Positions 52,255-62,994 are shown, counted from the stretch's first letter. The stretch is 64,000 bases of DNA from Gemmatimonas sp. (GCA_965279375.1 OZ257156.1:2048001-2112000), one strand, 5' to 3'. Translations and numbers: made by a program. Notes: generated from the letters alone by a model not told the origin.

Positions 52255-54390
52255 ATGCGTCGCTTCCGCCCGATGGTCTCCGCAGTGCTCGCCGTCCTTG
52301 GCGTTGGGCTTCTCGCTTGTGAGCCGCCACCGCCGCCGCGTGTACTCGTCTTCTCTCGCACGGCGGGCTACCGGCACAGCTCCATCGAGGTGGGCAAGAA
52401 GGCGTTGATCGCCTTGGGCACCGCGAACGGCATGATCGTGGATACCACCGAAGATGCGTCGCGCATCACGGAAGATTCACTCAAGCAGTACGCGGCCGTC
52501 GTGTTTCTGCAGACGACGGGCAACCTGCTCGATCGCGCCGCCGAGGTGGATCTGCAGCGGTACATCCAGGCGGGCGGCGGCTTTGTGGGCATTCATGCGG
52601 CGGCGGACGCCGAGTACGACTGGCGGTGGTACGGCCGACTGGTTGGCGGATACTTCGAGAGTCATCCTGCGATACAGAAGGCCACACTGAGGGTTGTGGA
52701 GCGCGACGACCCTGCCACGAAGCATCTGGGCGCCGATTGGGTGCGCACCGACGAGTGGTACAACTTCAAGCAGCGCACCACTGGGCTGCATGTGCTCTTG
52801 TCCATCGACGAGAGCAGCTACACCGGGGGTACCAACGGCTTCGATCATGCGATGTCGTGGTATCACGAGGTGGATGGCGGTCGCGCGTGGTACACGGCGC
52901 TTGGTCATACGGAGGAGTCGTACGCCGACTCGAGCTTCCTCAAACATGTGCTGGGCGGCCTCCGCTACGCGATCGGCAAGCAGCGCGCGCTCGACTACCA
53001 GCAGGCCACCGCGATGCGTGTGCCTCCGGATTCGATTCTGACCAAGACCGTGCTGACGCAGGGCACGCTCACTGAACCCACGGAGATGGCGGTGCTGCCC
53101 GGTGGTGATGTGCTCATCGCGCAGCGTGGCGGCATCGTGCAGCTCTATCGAGACGCGGACAAGAGCCTCAGGCCAGCGCTGACGCTCAAGGTGTATGACA
53201 AGAGTCACACGCCTGCGGCCAACGCGGAGGAAGGGTTGCTGGGGCTGACCGTGGATCCGGACTTCGCCCGCAACAAGTACGTGTATCTCTTTTACAGCCC
53301 GGTCGATACGAGCGTGAATCGGTTGTCTCGATTCGTGTTCGATGGCGATTCGATCAAGTTGGGCAGCGAGAAGATCGTCTTGCAGTTCTACTCGCAGCGC
53401 GAGATCTGCTGTCATACGGGCGGATCGCTGGCGTTTGGCCCCAGCGGCGAGCTCTATCTCTCCACGGGCGACAACTCCACGCCGTTCGACGAAGCGAAGG
53501 AGCCGCACGCCACGCACGGCTTCAATCCGACGGATGATCGTCCCGGGCACATGCAGTTCGATTCGCGGCGCACGGCCGGCAACACGAACGATCTGCGCGG
53601 CAAGATTCTGCGCATTCGGGTGAAAGCCGACGGCAGCTATGAGATCCCCGCGGGCAATCTGTTCGCACCCGGTACGCCCGATACGCGGCCCGAGATCTAC
53701 GTGATGGGGAATCGAAATCCGTACCGGATCAGCGTCGATCAGGAATCGGGATTTCTGTACTGGGGCGAAGTCGGTCCGGATTCGAACGCCGACAGCCTCG
53801 AGACGCGGGGCCCGCGCGGCTACGACGAGATCAATCAGGCGCGGAAGGCAGGCAACTACGGTTGGCCGATGTTCGTCGGCAACAACTACGCATATCACCA
53901 GTGGGACTACGCGACGGGAACGTCGGGACCGCTCTTCGATGCGAAGGCGCCGATCAACAACTCGCGCAACTCGACGGGCGTGAAGGCGTTGCCGCCCGCG
54001 CAGCCGCCGTTGATCTGGTATCCGTACGGCGAATCGACCGACTTCGCGACGTTGGGCACGGGGGGACGCACCGCGCTGGCAGGTCCGATCTATCATCCGC
54101 GCCGCTTCACCGATCGTAGCCCGAGCGCGCTTCCCGACTACTACGACGGAAAGTTCTTCATCTACGACTGGATGCGCGATTGGGTGATGGCGGTGACGCT
54201 TCGTCCAAATGGCGACTACGAAGCGATGGAGCGCGTGCTGCCGAATGCCAAGTTCGCGTCGCCGATAGACATGGAGCTCGGTCCCGACGGGCGCATGTAC
54301 ATTCTCGAATACGGGAAGGGGTGGTTCGTGAAGGCGTCTGACGCGGCCCTCTCGCGCATCGGGTACAAGCCGACGAGCGCCGCCAAGTGA
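52255..54390 (+). CDS. ThuA-like domain plus PQQ-dependent sugar dehydrogenase (GSDH beta-propeller) lipoprotein
   Basis: Lipobox LLA-C; RVLVFSRTAGYRHSSI, GGGFVGIH, DEWYNF, YTALGH; EEGLLG, CCHTGG, GKILRI, GNRNPYR, GNYGWP. Confidence 0.9.
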   Translation: MRRFRPMVSAVLAVLGVGLLACEPPPPPRVLVFSRTAGYRHSSIEVGKKALIALGTANGMIVDTTEDASRITEDSLKQYAAVVFLQTTGNLLDRAAEVDLQRYIQAGGGFVGIHAAADAEYDWRWYGRLVGGYFESHPAIQKATLRVVERDDPATKHLGADWVRTDEWYNFKQRTTGLHVLLSIDESSYTGGTNGFDHAMSWYHEVDGGRAWYTALGHTEESYADSSFLKHVLGGLRYAIGKQRALDYQQATAMRVPPDSILTKTVLTQGTLTEPTEMAVLPGGDVLIAQRGGIVQLYRDADKSLRPALTLKVYDKSHTPAANAEEGLLGLTVDPDFARNKYVYLFYSPVDTSVNRLSRFVFDGDSIKLGSEKIVLQFYSQREICCHTGGSLAFGPSGELYLSTGDNSTPFDEAKEPHATHGFNPTDDRPGHMQFDSRRTAGNTNDLRGKILRIRVKADGSYEIPAGNLFAPGTPDTRPEIYVMGNRNPYRISVDQESGFLYWGEVGPDSNADSLETRGPRGYDEINQARKAGNYGWPMFVGNNYAYHQWDYATGTSGPLFDAKAPINNSRNSTGVKALPPAQPPLIWYPYGESTDFATLGTGGRTALAGPIYHPRRFTDRSPSALPDYYDGKFFIYDWMRDWVMAVTLRPNGDYEAMERVLPNAKFASPIDMELGPDGRMYILEYGKGWFVKASDAALSRIGYKPTSAAK

Positions 54391-54426
54391 GTTGACGATT
54401 TCAGAGCCTGCGTACGACGTGACGCA

Positions 54427-55872
54427 CTACAGCCGCCCAATGGTGCGCAGCGCCCACTGATACAGCCCCACATACTGCGACGCGGCATGCGCCCACGAGT
54501 TGTCCTCGCGCATGCCGCGCTCGCGCAGCACCGCCCAACTCGCAGGCGCGCGATACGCCGTGAGCGCCCGGGAGATCGCGTCGGTGAAGTGGCTGGCCTC
54601 GAACGGATGGAAGCGGAAGCCATTGCCTTCGTACCCTTCCTGCACGGTGTCGTTGAGGCCACCCGTCGCGCGCACGATGGGAACGCTGCCATAGCGCAAC
54701 GCGATCATCTGTCCGAGTCCACACGGCTCGAAGCGCGAGGGCATGAGAAACGCATCGCTGCCCGCGTAGATCCGCTGCGCCAGCGCAACGTCAAAGCCGA
54801 TACGCGCCGACACCCGCTGCGGATGCGCGGCGGCGTGCCCGCGAAACGCATCCTGCAGCGCCGCACTGCCCGAGCCCAGCACCACGAGCTGCGCATCGGT
54901 ACGCGCCATCAGCCACGGCACGATCGCGCTCACCATGTCGAGCCCCTTCTGCTCGGCGAGTCTCGAGACGATGCCCAGCAACGGCACGTCGGGAGCGATG
55001 CGCAATCCCAACTCAGCCTGCAGTGCCGCCTTGCAGCGTGCCTTGCCGTCGATGTTGTCCGCGTCGAAGCCAACGGCGATGTTCGTATCGGTGGCGGGAT
55101 CGTAACTGTCCGCGTCGATGCCGTTGAGAATGCCGGCCACGCGGTCGCCGCGCGAGCGCAGCAGTCCGTCCAGCCGTTCGCCGTACTCGCCCGTCATGAT
55201 CTCGCGCGCATAGGTGGGCGACACGGTGCTCACGATGTCGCTGTACAGAATGCCGCGCGCCATGAAGTTGAACGAGCCGGCGATGCCAGGCCCCATGCCG
55301 TTTTCGACGAACCCGCCTTCGTTCAGTCCAGCCAATGGCAGCGTGAAGGGACTGAACTGCCCCTGATAGGCGAGGTTATGGATGGTGAAGACCGTGGCGA
55401 TATTGCCGAACGTGTACGACAGGTACGTCTTGATGTAGTTGGGCACGAGCGCGGTGTGCCAGTCGTTGCAGTGCACCACATCAGGAAGCCAGCCGTCCAC
55501 TTCGCGCAGATGTTGCATCAGCGCGAGCACGCCACGCGCAAACAGAATGAACCGTCGATCGTCGTCGCGATCGCCATAAATGGTGGCACGCTCGAAGGCG
55601 GCCGGAATGTCGAGCAGGTACGTGGGCACCGACGTCTCCGACGCGCGCCAGATGCGCAGCTCCTCCTGTCGCTCGCCAGCAGGCAGGAACGACGCGGCGA
55701 TAGGTCCCGTCACCGGAACCGCGCGCTCACGCAGCTCGCGATAGCGCGGCATCACAACATGAACGTCGTGTCCCGCGGCACGCAGCGCTGCCGGCAGGGC
55801 CCCGGCCACATCGGCGAGGCCACCAGTCTTCATGAGCGGCGCGACTTCGGCCGCAACGAACAGAATCTTCAC
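54427..55872 (-). CDS. glgA: Glycogen synthase (GT5)
   Basis: KTGGLADV, HCNDWHT, TIHNLAYQG, SRLAEQKG, PSRFEPCGLGQ, TGGLNDTV; GTG start. Confidence 0.96.
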   Translation of the reverse strand: MKILFVAAEVAPLMKTGGLADVAGALPAALRAAGHDVHVVMPRYRELRERAVPVTGPIAASFLPAGERQEELRIWRASETSVPTYLLDIPAAFERATIYGDRDDDRRFILFARGVLALMQHLREVDGWLPDVVHCNDWHTALVPNYIKTYLSYTFGNIATVFTIHNLAYQGQFSPFTLPLAGLNEGGFVENGMGPGIAGSFNFMARGILYSDIVSTVSPTYAREIMTGEYGERLDGLLRSRGDRVAGILNGIDADSYDPATDTNIAVGFDADNIDGKARCKAALQAELGLRIAPDVPLLGIVSRLAEQKGLDMVSAIVPWLMARTDAQLVVLGSGSAALQDAFRGHAAAHPQRVSARIGFDVALAQRIYAGSDAFLMPSRFEPCGLGQMIALRYGSVPIVRATGGLNDTVQEGYEGNGFRFHPFEASHFTDAISRALTAYRAPASWAVLRERGMREDNSWAHAASQYVGLYQWALRTIGRL

Positions 55873-56095
55873 GGAAGGGCGACCGGGGATGGGGGGCGGG
55901 CGAACGCAACTGCCCAAAATCTACCGTTCAGCCGCACCCTCGCACGCTTTTGTTTCGCGGCCCCCTAACGGGAAGTAGGGCCGTGGCGCAGAATCCACGG
56001 AGCAGTGAAGGATCGATCGCCCGTGGCCTTAGAATTTGCAGCGCCGCCTCTCCCGCCTCGTTACGCGCTCCTGAACGCGCTACTGATCAGCCGAC

Positions 56096-57361
56096 ATGAA
56101 CTCCCCTCATCGCGCCGGAACCCTCGCGCGTACCGCCATGGCATATGTACTCGCCGGTGGTCGCGGATCCCGCCTCTACGAACTCACCGATCGTCGCGCA
56201 AAGCCCGCGGTGTACTTCGGCGGCAAGACGCGCATCATCGACTTCGCGCTGTCGAATGCGATGAACTCGGGCATTCGACGCATCGGCGTGGCGACACAGT
56301 ACAAGGCGCATAGCCTCATTCGCCACTTGCAGCGCGGCTGGAATTTCTTCCGTCCGGAGCGGAACGAATCCTTCGACATTCTGCCCGCCAGCCAACGCGT
56401 ATCGGAAACGCAGTGGTACGAGGGCACAGCTGACGCGGTCTATCAGAACATCGATATCATCGAGGCCTATCACCCGGAGTTCATGGTGATCCTCGCCGGC
56501 GATCACATCTACAAGATGGACTACGAGTTGATGCTCGAGCAGCACGTCGCGCAAGACGCCGACGTGACGATCGGGTGCCTCGAAGTCGCGCGGCGTGACG
56601 CAACCGGGTTCGGTGTCATGCAGGTGGATGTCGAAGACCGCATTGTCTCGTTCCTCGAGAAGCCAGCCGATCCTCCCGGCATTCCGGGCAATCCGGAGAT
56701 GGCGCTGGCCAGCATGGGCATCTACGTCTTCAAGACGGCGTTCCTCTTCGAGATGCTGAAGCGAGACGCCGCGGATCCAACCTCGAGTCGAGACTTCGGC
56801 AAGGACATCATCCCGTACGTCGTCGCCAACGGTAAAGCGGTCGCCCACCGATTCAGTACGTCGTGCGTCAAGTCGGACACCGAGGTGGAAGCCTACTGGC
56901 GGGACGCCGGTACCGTAGATGCCTACTGGGAAGCGAACGTGGACCTCACGAGCGTCGTGCCGTCGCTCGACCTCTACGACCACAACTGGCCGATCTGGAC
57001 GTACAGCGAGATCACGGCGCCAGCCAAGTTTGTGCATAACGAGGACGGGCGTCGCGGATTGGCGCTCAACTCACTCGTCTCCGGCGGATGCATCGTGTCC
57101 GGCGCGCGCATTCACAAGTCGCTGCTGTTCACAGGCGTGCAGATCCACTCCTTTGCCTACCTCGACGGCGCGGTCGTGCAGCCATACGTGGACATCGGTC
57201 GATCGGCGCGCTTGCGCAACGTGGTGATCGATCGTGGTGTGCGCATTCCGGCAGGGCTCGTCGTCGGTGAGGATGCCGCGCTCGACGCCCGCCGTTTCCG
57301 TCGCACCGACAAGGGCATCGTGCTCATCACGCAGCCGATGATCGACAAGCTCTACGCCTGA
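56096..57361 (+). CDS. glgC: Glucose-1-phosphate adenylyltransferase
   Basis: [50 protein letters not shown]. Confidence 0.97.
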   Translation: MNSPHRAGTLARTAMAYVLAGGRGSRLYELTDRRAKPAVYFGGKTRIIDFALSNAMNSGIRRIGVATQYKAHSLIRHLQRGWNFFRPERNESFDILPASQRVSETQWYEGTADAVYQNIDIIEAYHPEFMVILAGDHIYKMDYELMLEQHVAQDADVTIGCLEVARRDATGFGVMQVDVEDRIVSFLEKPADPPGIPGNPEMALASMGIYVFKTAFLFEMLKRDAADPTSSRDFGKDIIPYVVANGKAVAHRFSTSCVKSDTEVEAYWRDAGTVDAYWEANVDLTSVVPSLDLYDHNWPIWTYSEITAPAKFVHNEDGRRGLALNSLVSGGCIVSGARIHKSLLFTGVQIHSFAYLDGAVVQPYVDIGRSARLRNVVIDRGVRIPAGLVVGEDAALDARRFRRTDKGIVLITQPMIDKLYA

Positions 57362-57417
57362 GATGGCGTCTGAGATGACGTCTGAGATGACGTCTGAGAT
57401 GGCGTCTGAGATGGCGT
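57358..57417 (+). repeat. 12-bp tandem repeat x5 (CTGAGATGRCGT) at the glgC stop / peptidase start
   Basis: Five units read directly; each contains TGA and ATG. Confidence 0.95.
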
Positions 57418-59105
57418 CGCGCCGAGTCGTTTTGGGGCTGCTGCTCGCGCTCGGTGCGACGGCGCTCACGGTTGGGGCACGGGCGCTGCACGCGCAGCAG
57501 CCGTCGCGCACGGGAAGCGCACGCGCAGGCATCGACGTGATGCACTACGAATTCCGTGTGGACTTTCCAGCCGCACCGTTTCCGGAAACGATCGCGTTCG
57601 TCGCGACCACCACCGCGCGACGCACGACGGCGGTCGCATCGCTCTCGCTCGATCTCGCGGCGTCGCTTCGCGTGGACTCGGCGCAGGTGAACGAGAAGTC
57701 CGCAGCGTTCGCGCGCGCAGGTGACAGCGTGCGCGTGGCGCTACCTGAAGGCCAGTCGGATACGGTGCGGGTTCGCGTCTTCTACCGCGGCCTTCCATCC
57801 GACGGTCTGATCGTCCAGCGCGACTCTACGCTCGGCTGGATGGCGTTCGGCGACAACTTCCCCGATCGCGCGCGGCAGTGGTTGGCCACTGTCGATCATC
57901 CGTCGGACAAGGCACTCGTGGATTGGATCGTGCGCGCGCCCGCCACGCATCGCGTGATCGCCAATGGCCTGCTGGTGGAGGAGACGCCGGAGCCCGGCCC
58001 TGCCGCGTCGCGCATGGTACGCACGCACTGGCGCACCGTTCGACCGATCTACACCGCAGTGATGGTGATTGGCGTCGCGCCGTTCGCCGTGCAGGAGATC
58101 GGCGCGACGGCGTGCGGTCTGGGCGAACTGCCCGGTTGCGTGCCGCAGTCGGTGTGGATGCGCCCGTCGCAGCGTGCGCTGACGAGGGGCGGCGAGCTAC
58201 CCGGCGGCTTTGCGCGCGCGGGAGAGATCGTATCGCTCTTCTCGCGGCTGGCGGGCCCGTTTCCCTATGAGAAGCTGGCACACGTCTCTTCGTCCACGCG
58301 CTATGGTGGCATGGAGAACGCTGGCGCGATCTTCTACGCCGACCAGATCTTCGACCGCGGTGCACCCGACGAGAAGTTGATCGCCCACGAGACTGCGCAT
58401 CAGTGGTTTGGCGATGCAGTCACTGAGCACGAGTGGCCGCATGTCTGGCTGTCGGAGAGCTTTGCCACGTATTTCGCGGCGCTCTGGACGGAACATGCGC
58501 ATGGCGACACCGCCTTTCGCGCCGACTTGACCGCCATGCGGGCGAAAGTGCTCAAGGCGCCGATCGCGGTGGAGAAGCCCGTGATCGACGAGGGGCTCGA
58601 TGACCTCAGGCGCGTCCTGGGCATCAACGTCTACGAGAAGGGCGGCTTCGTGCTGCACATGCTGCGGCGCGAGGTTGGCGACTCGGCGTTCTTCCGTGGC
58701 ATCCAGCGCTACTATGCGGCACACCGGCATGGTAACGCGATGACGGCGGACCTGCAGCGTGCCATCGAAGCGGAGGCCGGGCAATCACTCGACTGGTTCT
58801 TTGATCAGTGGCTGCGGCGGCCGGGCTTTGCGGAGCTCACGGTGCGCTGGCAATGGAACGCGGCGACGCAGCGCTTACAGGTGGTCGTGGACCAGGGCGC
58901 CCGCTTTGCGCCGTATCGTTTGGCGCTCACCGCGGATGTGACCACGGCAAACGGGAAGGTCGAGCGAGTGCGGATCGCCGTTCCCGCCACACGGAGTGCG
59001 ACGATCACAGTGCCGCTTGCATTGACGCAGGCACCGAGCACGGTCGTCTTCGATGCGGACGTCTCCGTGCTCGGTACCGTGTCGGCCGCTGCAGCAGGGC
59101 GTTAG
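57363..59105 (+). CDS. M1-family aminopeptidase, secreted
   Basis: GGMEN, HETAHQWFGD...WLSESFA, YEKG; five alternative in-frame ATGs between 57363 and 57411. Confidence 0.92.
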   Translation: MASEMTSEMTSEMASEMASRRVVLGLLLALGATALTVGARALHAQQPSRTGSARAGIDVMHYEFRVDFPAAPFPETIAFVATTTARRTTAVASLSLDLAASLRVDSAQVNEKSAAFARAGDSVRVALPEGQSDTVRVRVFYRGLPSDGLIVQRDSTLGWMAFGDNFPDRARQWLATVDHPSDKALVDWIVRAPATHRVIANGLLVEETPEPGPAASRMVRTHWRTVRPIYTAVMVIGVAPFAVQEIGATACGLGELPGCVPQSVWMRPSQRALTRGGELPGGFARAGEIVSLFSRLAGPFPYEKLAHVSSSTRYGGMENAGAIFYADQIFDRGAPDEKLIAHETAHQWFGDAVTEHEWPHVWLSESFATYFAALWTEHAHGDTAFRADLTAMRAKVLKAPIAVEKPVIDEGLDDLRRVLGINVYEKGGFVLHMLRREVGDSAFFRGIQRYYAAHRHGNAMTADLQRAIEAEAGQSLDWFFDQWLRRPGFAELTVRWQWNAATQRLQVVVDQGARFAPYRLALTADVTTANGKVERVRIAVPATRSATITVPLALTQAPSTVVFDADVSVLGTVSAAAAGR

Positions 59106-59161
59106 ACGCTACGCGGGCGCGCCAACATCGCCGACGAATCGCCGATGTCAGGTGTCCGAAC

Positions 59162-59431
59162 CTAGAGCGCGTCCCGCAGCCCTTTGCCCGGTTTGAACTT
59201 GGGCACTTTGCGGGCCGCGATGCGGAGCGCAGCGCCCGTCTGCGGATTGCGGCCCATGCGCGCCTTGCGCTTGCTGACGCTGAAGGTGCCGAAGCCGGTG
59301 ATCGTCACCGTCTTGTTCTTCTTGAGCGTTGCCGTCACGCCACCGATGACGGCGTTGAGGGCGCGGCCAGCTGCCGCCTTGGAGATGTTCGACTGCTTGG
59401 CGATGTGCCCGATGAGTTCGGACTTGTTCAC
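59162..59431 (-). CDS. hup: DNA-binding protein HU
   Basis: MNKSELI, GFGTF, RMGRNPQTG, PKFKPGK; GGAGG RBS plus GTG. Confidence 0.95.
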   Translation of the reverse strand: MNKSELIGHIAKQSNISKAAAGRALNAVIGGVTATLKKNKTVTITGFGTFSVSKRKARMGRNPQTGAALRIAARKVPKFKPGKGLRDAL

Positions 59432-59605
59432 GAGGCCTCCTGAGGGTGGGAGAGTGCGCCCACGAACTTAGCATCGGCGGTCCACGGCGCTATCCGCACG
59501 CTCCGCGCTTTGACACCGCTGCCTATGCGCGCCAAACTCTGCGGGTTCTCGCCGCTCCATACGGGTGTCCCCCTCAGCCCTCCAGCCGGAGACTTCGTCG
59601 TGTCC

Positions 59606-62600
59606 ATGTCCTCCTCTCCTCGTACTCGCGCCCTGCGCGTCGCTCCTGCGATGGTCCTCGGGCTGGTGCTCGGCGCAACGCCGGTGGAGGCGCAGTCGCG
59701 CGCTGCGCAGACGGCCACGCCCGTTCGCTTTGCCGCGGCTCCCGGCCAGCAGGACAATTCGCCCGAGGCGCAGGCCTTACGCTCGCTCCGCTGGCGCTCC
59801 ATCGGCCCGATCAATCAGGCGGGACGCATCTCCGTCGTGGCGGGCGTGGCGGGCGATCCGCTCACGTACTTCGTGGCCGGTGCGAATGGCGGCATCATCC
59901 GAACGAAGAACGGTGGCGTCACCTTCGAGCCGGTCTTCGACGAGCAGACGTCCATTTCGATTGGCGCGATTGCCGTGGCGCCGAGCGATCCGAACGTCGT
60001 GTATGTCGGCACGGGCGAGGGCAATCCGCGCAACAACGCGTCGGTTGGCGACGGCATGTACAAGTCGGTGGATGGCGGCGATCACTGGACGCACATCGGT
60101 CTGACCAAGTCCGACAAGATTGCACGGCTGATCGTGGACGGAAAGAATCCCGACATCGTGTATGCGTGCGGAATTGGTCGCGAGTGGGGGCCGAGCGAAG
60201 AGCGCGGCGTGTTCAAGACCGTCGACGGCGGCAAGTCGTGGAAGAAGGTGCTCTACGTCGATCCGCAGACGGCGTGTTCGGATATTTCGGCGGACCCGAA
60301 CAACTCCAACGTCATCTACGCGGGCATGTATACGTACCGGCGCTGGGCGTGGCATCTGGAGAGCGGCGGCGGCAACACGGCGGTGTGGAAGTCGGTCAAT
60401 GGCGGTGAGACGTGGGAGCGATTGTCCGGGAAGGATCGCGAGCTCGGTCTGCCCAAGACCGAGATGGATCGAATCGGCATCGCCGTGAGCCCGAGTGAGC
60501 CCAACATCGTCTATGTGTTGACGGAAACGAAAGACGAAGGCGAGTTGTGGCGTAGCGATGATGGCGGCAAGCGGTGGCGCATGATCAATCGCGATCCGAA
60601 CATCAACTTCCGCCCGTTCTACTACGCCGACATTCGCGTCGATCCGAAGAACTCCAATCGCGTCTTCACGTTGTCCGGTTCGCTGTACTTCTCGGAGGAT
60701 GGCGGAAGGAACTTCACGACCATTGCGCGCGACATCCACGGTGATCATCAGGCGATGTGGATCGATCCCGTCGATCCGCGCCGCATTCTGTCTGGCTCTG
60801 ATGGCGGATGGCAGATCAGCAACGATGGCGGCAAGAACTTCGAGATCGTGAACACGTTTCCGTTCACGCAGTTCTACCACATTCACTACGACTTGCAGAG
60901 CCCGTACTGGGTGTGCGGCGGCTTGCAGGACAACGGCACGTGGTGCGGTCCATCCAACTCGCTCAATCCGCAGGGGATCCTGCGTCGTGACTGGTACACG
61001 GTCTCTGGTGGCGACGGATTCTTCGGCGTTCCCGATCTCGAGCGGCCGTGGATCATCTACTCCGACGCGCAGGGCGGCATGATTTACGTGACCGATCGGC
61101 GCAGCGGATCGCAGAAGATGATCTATCCGTATCCCAATCGCATTGGCTCGGTGGGTGATGCGATGGCGGGGCACAAGTATCGCTTCAACTGGAACTCGCC
61201 GATCGAACTATCGCCGCAGGATCCGGGCACCGTGTACTTCGGCGGCAACGTGCTGTTCAAGAGCACCAATCGCGGGCAGTCGTGGACGGCCATCTCTCCC
61301 GATCTCACGACCAACAACCCTGCCAAGCAAGTCTCGAGTGGTGGCCCCATCGTGGTGGACAACACCGCCGCAGAATTCCACTGCACGATTCTCAGCATCG
61401 CGCCGTCGCCACTCGACCCCAACATCATCTGGGTGAGCACCGACGACGGCAACGTGCAAGTGACGCGCGACGGTGGAAAGACGTGGAGCAACGTCTTCAC
61501 CAATCCGCCGGGGCTCAAGCCGGCCGCGTGGTTGCCGACGATCGAAGCGTCGCGCTTCGATGCAGGCACGGCGTACGTGGTGGCCGATCATCACCAGGAC
61601 GACGACTACGCGCCGTATGCCTTCGTCACCACCGACTTCGGCAAGACGTGGACGAGCGTTCGCGGTGATCTGCCGGACAACGCCGGCTGGGCGCATGTGA
61701 TTCGTGAAGATCCCAAGAATCGCAACCTGCTCTACATCGGCACCGAGATGGGCGCGTGGGCATCGTGGGACAAGGGCAAGCACTGGGTCTCGATCCTCAA
61801 CCACTTGCCCGTCGTGCAGGTGCGCGACATCAAGATTCACCCGCGCGAGAACGATCTCATTCTCGCCACGCACGGCCGCGGCGTCTTCATTCTCGATGAC
61901 ATCACTGCACTTCAGCAGCTGGGCACCACCACCACCGCCGATGCGGCGCTCTTCGACGTGCGGCCTGCCACCGAGTGGGTGACGTGGACCAAGGACGGCA
62001 ACTTTGGTCAGAAGAAGTGGGCCGGTGAGAATCCGCCGCAGGGCGCGATCATCTCGTACTTCCTCAAGTCGCAGCCGGTCGGTCAGGTCGATGTGCTGAT
62101 CACCGACAAGGATGGCAAGCAGGTACGCCGCCTCGCGCGCGTCCCCGACGAATCGGGCGTGAATCGCACGGCGTGGGATCTGCGCGGAGAGACGCCGGCG
62201 GGTGGCGGCGGCGGACGCGGTGGTGGGGCGGCTGCGGCGGCTCCGCAGGACACGACGCTTGCCGGGCTCCGCGCGCGTCGTCGCCTCGCCGCGCTCGACG
62301 GCGGCGCCGTCGCTGGAGATGGCGAAGGGTTCGGTGGCGCTGCAGTGCCAAACGTGTTGCCGGGTACGTACACGGTCACGCTCGTCGCGGACGGAAAGCG
62401 ATACAGCAAGACCGTCGAAGTGCGCGCGGATCCGCGCTCCGAGATGACGCAAGCGCAACTCGTGGCGCAGGCTGAAGCGACGCAGCGCATTCAGGCCGTG
62501 GGGGCGGGTGTCAATCGCACGATCGCTGCTGGCGACGACATCACGCGCCAACTGACGGCGTTGCAGGATCAGCTTCGCCGCGCGCCGCGCGCGCCGGGCG

Positions 62601-62947
62601 ACAGCAGCGGTGCGGCCACGCGCGTTGTACTCGGCGAAATCGATGTCACGCTCAAGGAGCTCAAGCAGTTCCGGGACTCCGTACTCGCACGTCCACTGCC
62701 AGGGCTGGGCTATCGCCAGTATCCACGTCTGCGCGAGGAAGTGCAGTCGGTGCAGCAGATGATCGCACGCCCCTTCGGTCCGCCCACCGAAGGTGAGTCG
62801 CTGCGCTCGGGTGAATTGCGTGTGGAGTCGGACGGGGCGCAGACGCGTCTCGATGGCATCATCCGCGATCGCGTGGGCAAGATCAATCAGCTGCTGGCGG
62901 GGACGCCGCATGTGATCACGTTACCGCCGCGCGGGTTTGTACCGTAA
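59606..62947 (+). CDS. VPS10/sortilin-like BNR-repeat glycosyl hydrolase family protein
   Basis: WRSIGP..GRI, multiple SxDGGxxW Asp-boxes, GGLQDNG, GGDGF, YRFNWNSP, ATHGRG. Confidence 0.9.
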   Translation: MSSSPRTRALRVAPAMVLGLVLGATPVEAQSRAAQTATPVRFAAAPGQQDNSPEAQALRSLRWRSIGPINQAGRISVVAGVAGDPLTYFVAGANGGIIRTKNGGVTFEPVFDEQTSISIGAIAVAPSDPNVVYVGTGEGNPRNNASVGDGMYKSVDGGDHWTHIGLTKSDKIARLIVDGKNPDIVYACGIGREWGPSEERGVFKTVDGGKSWKKVLYVDPQTACSDISADPNNSNVIYAGMYTYRRWAWHLESGGGNTAVWKSVNGGETWERLSGKDRELGLPKTEMDRIGIAVSPSEPNIVYVLTETKDEGELWRSDDGGKRWRMINRDPNINFRPFYYADIRVDPKNSNRVFTLSGSLYFSEDGGRNFTTIARDIHGDHQAMWIDPVDPRRILSGSDGGWQISNDGGKNFEIVNTFPFTQFYHIHYDLQSPYWVCGGLQDNGTWCGPSNSLNPQGILRRDWYTVSGGDGFFGVPDLERPWIIYSDAQGGMIYVTDRRSGSQKMIYPYPNRIGSVGDAMAGHKYRFNWNSPIELSPQDPGTVYFGGNVLFKSTNRGQSWTAISPDLTTNNPAKQVSSGGPIVVDNTAAEFHCTILSIAPSPLDPNIIWVSTDDGNVQVTRDGGKTWSNVFTNPPGLKPAAWLPTIEASRFDAGTAYVVADHHQDDDYAPYAFVTTDFGKTWTSVRGDLPDNAGWAHVIREDPKNRNLLYIGTEMGAWASWDKGKHWVSILNHLPVVQVRDIKIHPRENDLILATHGRGVFILDDITALQQLGTTTTADAALFDVRPATEWVTWTKDGNFGQKKWAGENPPQGAIISYFLKSQPVGQVDVLITDKDGKQVRRLARVPDESGVNRTAWDLRGETPAGGGGGRGGGAAAAAPQDTTLAGLRARRRLAALDGGAVAGDGEGFGGAAVPNVLPGTYTVTLVADGKRYSKTVEVRADPRSEMTQAQLVAQAEATQRIQAVGAGVNRTIAAGDDITRQLTALQDQLRRAPRAPGDSSGAATRVVLGEIDVTLKELKQFRDSVLARPLPGLGYRQYPRLREEVQSVQQMIARPFGPPTEGESLRSGELRVESDGAQTRLDGIIRDRVGKINQLLAGTPHVITLPPRGFVP

Positions 62948-62959
62948 CGCGATGTTACA

Positions 62960-62994
62960 CTCACCAAACCCACGACGCGTGTGGGTTTGGTGAG
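62960..62994 (+). terminator. 14-bp hairpin, probable terminator
   Basis: ctcaccaaacccac-gacgcgt-gtgggtttggtgag just after the stop; no U-tract. Confidence 0.6.
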
